NCBI GenBank assembly: GCA_026982895.1
Contig: JALWQW010000003.1
Span: 10,063-74,062, forward strand
From: Candidatus Micrarchaeota archaeon
Lineage (GTDB): Archaea > Micrarchaeota > Micrarchaeia > Anstonellales > J096
Direction: 5' to 3'
DNA length: 64,000 nt
Below the pieces are notes generated by a model. That model did no database searches and was not told the origin of the DNA. It was given only the letters and a program-made list of their open reading frames with translations. The position numbers were made by a program, and so were the translations under genes. This document shows positions 28,196 through 34,767 of this stretch, one piece after another. Position 1 is the first letter of the stretch. The number at the start of each line of letters is the position of its first letter.

Positions 28196-28738
28196 ATGAA
28201 AAAGTTAATTTTGCTCTGTGGTAAGAGGGCAAGCGGGAAGTCGCTTTTTAAGGAGGTTGCGACAACCCACTCCCTTCCATTCTTTGAAATGTCGGATGTT
28301 GTTTTTAACATGATGCGAGAGCAATCCATTCCAATAAACAGCGAGAGCACTGCCCAGTTTGCGAAGTCTCTTCGGAAAAAAGAGGGTGAAGCTGCTGTCG
28401 CCAAACATCTTCTTCCGCTATTAGAAGAAACGAATGCATCATTCATCATTGTAAGTGGCTTAAGAAGTGTTGAGGAATTAAACCTTTTCAAAAGCGAGTA
28501 CAACGCGATTCTCGTTGAGGTAAGGGCAAAAGATGAGCTTCGCTTCAGGAGAAGTTTAGATAGAGCTAGACCCTCTGATCCCAAAACATTAGACGAATTT
28601 CTGGCCAGGGAGAAGGCTGAAGCTGCTCTAGGCGTTGAAGAGCTCATAAAAATGGCTGATATCATTATAGAGAACAATGATATGAAAGAGGATTTCTACA
28701 AAAAAATCGAGGATTTTTTTGCTTTTTTAGAGATATAA
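28196..28738 (+). CDS. P-loop nucleotide/nucleoside kinase (adenylate / dNMP / dephospho-CoA-kinase-like)
   Basis: Walker A 'LLCGKRASGKS', about 180 aa, with LID-like 'RFRRSLDRARPSD'. The start is taken as the ATG at 28196. Confidence 0.5.
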   Translation: MKKLILLCGKRASGKSLFKEVATTHSLPFFEMSDVVFNMMREQSIPINSESTAQFAKSLRKKEGEAAVAKHLLPLLEETNASFIIVSGLRSVEELNLFKSEYNAILVEVRAKDELRFRRSLDRARPSDPKTLDEFLAREKAEAALGVEELIKMADIIIENNDMKEDFYKKIEDFFAFLEI

Positions 28739-28799
28739 TAAAGGGCCATTCAAAGAATATGAGATACTGCCTTAAAGATAAAAATAAAAGATGGAAAGT

Positions 28800-29366
28800 T
28801 TAGTTCCTAAATTTCTTCAAAATCTCTTCTACTTCAACAAGGGCTTTCTCAATCTCTTTCTTTGTTCTAGCCCCTGCCAAAATGAGCTTACCATTCTTAA
28901 ATATCAAAACACTGACTTTTGGCTCCCTCAATTTAAGAATAGCCCCTGGAAACTGCTCAGGTTCATATTCAATGTCGCCCTCTACTTCCATCGCTACTCT
29001 GAATAAATCCATTTCCATGCTTAAATCTGCAGCAGCTACAATATTGGTTATCTCGTATGCTTCTTTAACATTCTTAGCAGTTATTTTCTTATCGACGCGT
29101 ATAGCTACTTTGCTTAGAAGTTGGTATGCCTTTAATACAGCCTCCTCCACGACTTGCTTATCCTTACATCCTACTATGACTATTTTGCCGTTTTTGAAAA
29201 CAAGTACGGTTGCCTTTGGCACATTGAATTTAAGAATTGCCCCTGGAAACTGCTCAGGCTCATACTCGATGTTCTTAAATTTTAGAGGCAATTGATACAG
29301 ATCCAGTTCCATGTGGAGATTACCCGCAGCCACGACATTCGTAACCTTATATTTTGCTTTTGCCAT
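28800..29366 (-). CDS. tbp: TATA-box binding protein
   Basis: Two TBP repeats ('NVVAAGNLHMELDL...FPGAILK' and 'NIVAAADLSMEMDL...FPGAILK'). 188 aa. Confidence 0.9.
   Translation of the reverse strand: MAKAKYKVTNVVAAGNLHMELDLYQLPLKFKNIEYEPEQFPGAILKFNVPKATVLVFKNGKIVIVGCKDKQVVEEAVLKAYQLLSKVAIRVDKKITAKNVKEAYEITNIVAAADLSMEMDLFRVAMEVEGDIEYEPEQFPGAILKLREPKVSVLIFKNGKLILAGARTKKEIEKALVEVEEILKKFRN
28927..29258. repeat. Near-identical 34-nt intragenic direct repeat between the two halves of tbp
   Basis: 'AATTTAAGAAT[A/T]GCCCCTGGAAACTGCTCAGG' occurs at 28927-28961 and at 29224-29258, 297 bp (99 codons) apart. Confidence 0.7.
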
Positions 29367-29408
29367 ATACCCACCCTTTTTAAACCTTTATAAAGGGATG
29401 AATAGCAA

Positions 29409-29424
29409 CATTTTAAAATAATAT
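29409..29424 (+). promoter_or_regulatory. Putative TATA box for rpl21e in the divergent tbp/rpl21e intergenic region
   Basis: 'CATTTTAAAATAATAT' lies 30-45 nt upstream of the rpl21e ATG. The reverse strand carries 'TTTATAAAGGTTTAAAAA' upstream of tbp. Confidence 0.3.
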
Positions 29425-29453
29425 CTACTCTATAAACAGACCTAGGTGATATT

Positions 29454-29756
29454 ATGGTAAAAAGACCAAGAGGATATTTAAGTCGAGCTACGAGAAAGCT
29501 CAAAGCCAAGCGTAAGCTAACTCCTGCTGATTTCATAAAGGAGTTTGAAGTAGGCCAAAGGGTGTTGATAAAGCCACAGCCATATTATAAGAGCGCTATT
29601 CCTCACAGGAGATATAGAGGGAAGGCAGGCAAAATCATTGAAAGAAGAGGTTCTTGCTATGTTGTTGAGATTAAAGACGGAGGAAAGATAAAGCAGGTTG
29701 TAGCACATCCCGTTCATCTCGTGAATCTCCAAAGCCCGGCAGGGCAGAAGGCTTGA
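29454..29756 (+). CDS. rpl21e: 50S ribosomal protein L21e
   Basis: 'MVKRPRGYLSRATRKL...HRRYRGKAGKI' is characteristic of L21e. Confidence 0.85.
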   Translation: MVKRPRGYLSRATRKLKAKRKLTPADFIKEFEVGQRVLIKPQPYYKSAIPHRRYRGKAGKIIERRGSCYVVEIKDGGKIKQVVAHPVHLVNLQSPAGQKA

Positions 29757-29766
29757 AGGCGGTAAT

Positions 29767-30120
29767 GTGGAAGATGTTCTTGAACACAAGCCTGTTTTAG
29801 AGGTTAAGCTCGAAGATTTTGTTGAAAGGCCTAGTGAAGAGAGTAGCAAAGAAGCCTATGATAGGGTTTTAGCATTCGAGCATTTGGATGTTGTGAAAAA
29901 ATTGGGCAACTCGCAGGAGATTTACAAAGCACTCTCTAATGTAGAAATGCCTGAGGAAGTGCGTGTTAAATTGGCTGATGTCATCCCCGTGAATAAAGAT
30001 GTTGTGAAGATGATCTTCTACCAATTTACATATACTGTTGATGATGCTGTTATAAACCAGGTTTTTGATATTATACAGGAGCATGTGCCAAAGAAAGGTA
30101 AAAAGAAGGGTGGAAAATAA
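29767..30120 (+). CDS. rpoF: Probable RNA polymerase subunit Rpo4/F
   Basis: Small acidic protein occupying the conserved archaeal L21e-rpoF-DUF655 gene order. Sequence conservation is weak. Confidence 0.5.
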   Translation: MEDVLEHKPVLEVKLEDFVERPSEESSKEAYDRVLAFEHLDVVKKLGNSQEIYKALSNVEMPEEVRVKLADVIPVNKDVVKMIFYQFTYTVDDAVINQVFDIIQEHVPKKGKKKGGK

Positions 30121-30665
30121 TGGAGGAGCACATCTATGTCTTGGATTTTGTTCCATACAGCACGAAATACAATGGGCAGGGTTATGTCCAAGGCATAGGC
30201 GAGGCTTTTTTCACTCTTCTTGAAGTTTCTATCAAGGAAGGAAAGGTTACTTCTGTCGGCGATAAAGTGTATGTCGGCAAGGACGCTTCGAAGAGGACAA
30301 TCGTTGATAAAATAAAACGCCGTCTCCGTTATGATGATTTATCGACTAGCGCAAAAGAAAACCTTTTCAATGTAGTGCGGAAAATAGTAGAAGCTAACGA
30401 AGAGCGCTTTGTTTCATTCATAAATCACGCTGGCCCTCTATCTGTGAGAGTCCATCAGCTTGAGTTGATTCCTGGCATAGGTAAAAAGAACATTGAGCTT
30501 ATCATACGGGAGAGGGAAAAGGAGCCCTTCAAGAATTTCGACGATGTTAAATCAAGAGTTCCATCCTGGCAGGATCCTGTTGGAAGTTTTGCTTATAGAA
30601 TTGTTGAGGAGCTGAGCAAGAAAGAGAGACATTACTTTTTCGTCTTGCCATCAAGACAATCCTAG
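30120..30665 (+). CDS. DUF655-family protein (predicted RNA-binding, HhH)
   Basis: Start overlaps the upstream stop. 'ELIPGIGKKNIELII' is a helix-hairpin-helix. The position after rpoF is typical. Confidence 0.5.
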   Translation: MEEHIYVLDFVPYSTKYNGQGYVQGIGEAFFTLLEVSIKEGKVTSVGDKVYVGKDASKRTIVDKIKRRLRYDDLSTSAKENLFNVVRKIVEANEERFVSFINHAGPLSVRVHQLELIPGIGKKNIELIIREREKEPFKNFDDVKSRVPSWQDPVGSFAYRIVEELSKKERHYFFVLPSRQS

Positions 30666-30740
30666 TGTCTATAAATCACCATTTTTTCTAAATATTTTAG
30701 CTACTTACAAGATAAGCTTTTAAACCTTCTAATAGATTAT

Positions 30741-31925
30741 ATGCTGGGATGGGGTGTTGCTTTGACAGGAGATGAAAAAGCTAAGTTGGAGAAGTTGATA
30801 GCTCTCACATTCGATAGTGATCCTGAAGTCAGGAAGAAGGCAGCGATGGAGCTGGCTAAGGTTGATGACGCTGGAGCCATGCTTGCTTTAATAGAACTCT
30901 CTTATGATAAAGATGAAGCTGTGGCTGATCTGGCTCAGAAAATACTGAATAAACGAAGGGGTATGAAGCCGAAAATGCTGCCTTTGAATGAGCTTTTCGA
31001 GGGCGTAAGTTTTGCCGCTGAAAAGAAGAAGGAGAAAAAAGCCTCAACTGTTAATCCCAAAGTCCTCGATCCTATAAAGAAGGTCCTTCTTAAGAAGTTC
31101 AAGGACGAGAAGAAAGCTGAACGCGCATTGAACAGGATTGTCGATCAATTGAAGGAGATGAAGAATGAGAAACCGCTTACGACGCAGGAATTCATTACTG
31201 CTTATGTTGAAGTCATGGGTCATGTGAACGAAGATACGCCGCCTGCTGTTGAAGCTATAGAAAAAGAACTCGCTGAAACGAGTGTACAATCTAAATCCGA
31301 TGAGCAGCCTCATGATTTCAAGCCAGCTGTAGAAGTTGCTATTCTTGAGAAGAGGGAAGAGTTTGATGAGCTTGCGTTGGTGGGCTCTGCTCGTTCAGCA
31401 CCTAAACCTGAAGCTTTAGCTCAAGAGCTTGAAGAAGTTAATCGCGATGATATTTATACTGCTGAGGAGAAAGCCGTCGTCGATACAGCGGCGCAGCTCC
31501 CAAAGACAGTATTCAAAATGGCTTATGACCAGTTCATGGCTTTGGATGGGGATGAGAAGCTGATGAAAAAGCAGGCCGATCTTTTAGAAAAGTATGTGAA
31601 GAAACAAATAGAGCTCGCCCATAAAATAGCCAAGAAGAAGTTTAAGGAGATAAAGCTTACAGATATAAGCGCTATAAAGCACGGTATGGCCAACATCACT
31701 ACTGAGCCTTTGGAAGTCGTCTCCGTTGATTTCATGAAGTACTACGAGGGCAAGCGCGTCAAAAAGGAGAAGCTCGCTACACGCGTCGTCGTTAGGGATA
31801 GTCAAGGCAAAGAAGGTGTCCTTTACCTCTTCGAAGGCAGGGGTAAGTTTTTACAGCCTGGCATGAAGTTCGCTTGGAGAAGGCAAAGGCGAAGCACTTC
31901 AAGGTCTTCAACGAAACCGCTTTAA
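30741..31925 (+). CDS. HEAT-repeat (PBS-lyase-type) coiled-coil protein
   Basis: 'DSDPEVRKKAAMELAKVDDAGAMLALIELSYDKDEAV' is an EZ-HEAT repeat. A long charged helical region follows. The C-terminal residues may be affected by a frameshift (see findings). Confidence 0.5.
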   Translation: MLGWGVALTGDEKAKLEKLIALTFDSDPEVRKKAAMELAKVDDAGAMLALIELSYDKDEAVADLAQKILNKRRGMKPKMLPLNELFEGVSFAAEKKKEKKASTVNPKVLDPIKKVLLKKFKDEKKAERALNRIVDQLKEMKNEKPLTTQEFITAYVEVMGHVNEDTPPAVEAIEKELAETSVQSKSDEQPHDFKPAVEVAILEKREEFDELALVGSARSAPKPEALAQELEEVNRDDIYTAEEKAVVDTAAQLPKTVFKMAYDQFMALDGDEKLMKKQADLLEKYVKKQIELAHKIAKKKFKEIKLTDISAIKHGMANITTEPLEVVSVDFMKYYEGKRVKKEKLATRVVVRDSQGKEGVLYLFEGRGKFLQPGMKFAWRRQRRSTSRSSTKPL

Positions 31926-32055
31926 CCGTAGATAAGAGAGGGAAGGTTGTAATAGAACTTTGAGTATATGCTCCCTAAGTTTTACCTCAAAGTAACAAAT
32001 CTGCCAAAAATTTTGAAATGCAGGTAAAACTTTGCCCCACTGAGATAACTATTAA

Positions 32056-33405
32056 CTATTCGCCAATGTATTTCTCGAGAAGCTCCTTTGCCTTTTTGGG
32101 ATCAGCTTTTCCTCTTGTCCTTCTCATCACTTGCCCCACTAAGAATGCAATGACTTTTTTCTCACCATTTTTGTAGTCCTCAATCGCTTTCTGAAACTCA
32201 CCTATGACTGCTTTAACCTCCTCGTCTATGGCAGAACTCTCCATTAGGAAGAGGTCAAGTTTTTCTGCTATTTTTCTTGGGTCGTCGTCGCCCCTGTCTA
32301 AAAGGTGTATCAGTATCTGCTCCATGCCATCGTCGCTTATCTCATTGTTGAAGAACATCTCCGCTAAGCTCTCCAAATGCTCATCGCTGATGGGCATCGT
32401 CGTGAAGCTTAGCCCCCTGTAGTTAAGCTGCTTCTTCACCGCTGTCCTCAGCCAATTAGCGACCTTCTTTGGGTTTAGCTTTTTGCTAAGCCTCTCGAAG
32501 AGTTCCGCTTCTCTAAACTCCCATGTCAGCTCTTCAGCGGCTTCTTTGCTTATGCCATATTCCTTTTGAAAGCGCTCTTCTCTCTCCCAAGGCCTTTCCA
32601 AGAGCTTCTCGTCAATCTTAATGGTGGTTAAGTCTATTGGCAGTAGGTCTGGGTCGGGCATGTAACGGTAATCTGCCTCGCTCTCTTTCTTCCTCGCAGC
32701 TTTTGTTATGCCCTTAGCCTCGTCGAAGTGTCTTGTCTCTTGCTCTACGCTTTTTCCCTCTTCTACGAGCCGTGTTTGTCTCTTTATCTCGTACTCTATT
32801 GCAGTTACGATGTTTTCAAATGAATTCACATTTTTAACTTCTACGCGGTTTCCGCCGTTTACGCTCACATTAACATCCGCTTTTACAGCGCCATTCTCCT
32901 TCACGATATTGTAATAGCTTAGCCCCTTCTCAAAGGCGAGTAGGAATCGCTTAACTTCATCTGCGCTTTTAAAGTCTGGGGCTGTAACGACTTCAATAAG
33001 AGGTGTCCCACTCCTATTATAATCGATTAGGCCCTTCTTTATCTCGTACTTTCCAGGGTCTTCTTCAACATGTATTTCCCATATTCCATAGCCCAAAAGC
33101 TCGCCATCCCTGCCTATTGGCTTGCTTGTTCTCTGATAGCCGGAGGGCAGGTCAGGATAAAAATAGTGTTTTCGCATGAAGTATGTATTTTTTTCTATTC
33201 GGCATTTGAGCATATGTGCTGCTAACACGCCGAGTTTTATGGCTTCTTCATTTACTGCAGAGGGTTTGCTTCCCGGTTGAGCTGTGCACACCTCGCATAT
33301 AACTGTGTTTGGCTCCTCGTCGCCCTTTGGGTTAGGACAGGAACAGAAGAGCTTCGCCTTTGTGTTAAGCTGCACATGTATCTCTAAACCAATCTTCACT
33401 TCCAT
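32056..33405 (-). CDS. gatB: Aspartyl/glutamyl-tRNA amidotransferase subunit B
   Basis: 'MEVKIGLEIHVQLNTKAKLFCSC' is a GatB-type N-terminus. The 449-aa length fits GatB rather than GatE. Confidence 0.8.
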   Translation of the reverse strand: MEVKIGLEIHVQLNTKAKLFCSCPNPKGDEEPNTVICEVCTAQPGSKPSAVNEEAIKLGVLAAHMLKCRIEKNTYFMRKHYFYPDLPSGYQRTSKPIGRDGELLGYGIWEIHVEEDPGKYEIKKGLIDYNRSGTPLIEVVTAPDFKSADEVKRFLLAFEKGLSYYNIVKENGAVKADVNVSVNGGNRVEVKNVNSFENIVTAIEYEIKRQTRLVEEGKSVEQETRHFDEAKGITKAARKKESEADYRYMPDPDLLPIDLTTIKIDEKLLERPWEREERFQKEYGISKEAAEELTWEFREAELFERLSKKLNPKKVANWLRTAVKKQLNYRGLSFTTMPISDEHLESLAEMFFNNEISDDGMEQILIHLLDRGDDDPRKIAEKLDLFLMESSAIDEEVKAVIGEFQKAIEDYKNGEKKVIAFLVGQVMRRTRGKADPKKAKELLEKYIGE

Positions 33406-33464
33406 AGCATCCCCTTTATGGGATGCCGAGAACTATTTATAAGCTTAACTTTGTATTGTTTCGT

Positions 33465-34763
33465 TTAGAAAGGATTAGTAAATGGAGATCCTCCACTGTT
33501 CCTCTGGTCATTTATAACGCTGCGCGCTGTTAGCTCTACTAGCTGTCTTTTCATTCTCTCTAAACGCGCTTCGTCCGCTGGGAAGACGCCTATTTTGCTC
33601 AGAATCACATCTATCTCCTCTTTCATATCTGACCTTTCTTCTCGGAGGAATGTAAGTGCAGTGCCAACGTCGTAGTTCACTTTGACCCTTTTCACTTTGT
33701 CTACCATCTCCTCTTTGTTGGTAATTAAGCCACCCATATCCTCGAGTATCTTTTCTATTTCCTCTTCTGAGACTACATCCTCAACGTACATACTTATTTG
33801 ACTGTCAAGCTCACCTATAGCTTTTCTACCACCATCTAAATAGAAGGTGAGGTGGTTTCCATTTAGTTCAATAGATTTGAGATTAAGTGCTATTATTTTG
33901 TATATAGACAAGTCTTCCTCTTCTTTGCCTCTTTCCTCCTCACTTTCTTCAGCAGTTCTTTCTTCATCCTTCAAGTTAACTTTTTGGAATCTATATCTCT
34001 CAGCGATTTCATTCAGGAGTTTGACAGCTTCATTTCTTTCGGGATTACTGCTTAACTCCACTAATTTCTCCACAGCATCAGCAACCACCTCTTCGTCGTT
34101 TATTAATTCATTTTTTAGTTTCTCATCTATTTCGTTGCTTATCGTGGAGGCAATCAATAAATCCTCTTTATCTTTTATGAAATCTGCGAAACTCACCTTC
34201 AATATGTTGGCTAGTTCGATGAGGTTAGATAGGGCATTCTCTGAATCTCCTATGTCGCTTACAGTTACTTTGTTACTTCTTAGTATTTCCTCCACTGTTT
34301 CTTTATTCTCTATGAGTAGTTCATTGTCTAACTTAACTAACAGCTTAAGCACATCTGCTGTTTCCCAGCTGGATAACGGGCTTATATAGGTTGTGCCTCT
34401 GTTAGCAAGGTTTGTCTTTAACCACCGAATTATCTTTTTGCTGCTTTTGGCGAGCTCCTCTTTACTATAAGTGTTGAGTAAGCGTATAATCTTCATTTTA
34501 GTTTCGCTCCCATAAACATACATCCCTTTTTCTAGGAGTTGCCTTATATGAGGTTTAAGGCCTCTAGTTGCTAGTTCTTCCAGTATTTCATTGTGGATGG
34601 ATAGACTATCTATTTTTCCAAACTCTCCTAATAACTCCTCATCGCTCATTAGTCTGTAGCTTTTTATGTCCTTCCAAGGGTCGAAATCTCTACCATTGCG
34701 CAACTTGTATCCTCTCCACTTCTTTTCCTTAAAAGAATCCTTCCTCTTCTTTTTGAATGCCAT
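33465..34763 (-). CDS. Acidic hypothetical protein in the same strand block as the AAA/vWA pair
   Basis: 432 aa, highly charged and helical, with no recognisable motifs. Confidence 0.45.
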   Translation of the reverse strand: MAFKKKRKDSFKEKKWRGYKLRNGRDFDPWKDIKSYRLMSDEELLGEFGKIDSLSIHNEILEELATRGLKPHIRQLLEKGMYVYGSETKMKIIRLLNTYSKEELAKSSKKIIRWLKTNLANRGTTYISPLSSWETADVLKLLVKLDNELLIENKETVEEILRSNKVTVSDIGDSENALSNLIELANILKVSFADFIKDKEDLLIASTISNEIDEKLKNELINDEEVVADAVEKLVELSSNPERNEAVKLLNEIAERYRFQKVNLKDEERTAEESEEERGKEEEDLSIYKIIALNLKSIELNGNHLTFYLDGGRKAIGELDSQISMYVEDVVSEEEIEKILEDMGGLITNKEEMVDKVKRVKVNYDVGTALTFLREERSDMKEEIDVILSKIGVFPADEARLERMKRQLVELTARSVINDQRNSGGSPFTNPF

Positions 34764-34767
34764 GCGT

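Noticed and set aside
33847-34389. 180-aa Ser/Leu-rich plus-strand ORF
   Set aside because: It is antisense to the acidic 432-aa gene and has the same low-complexity mirror effect.
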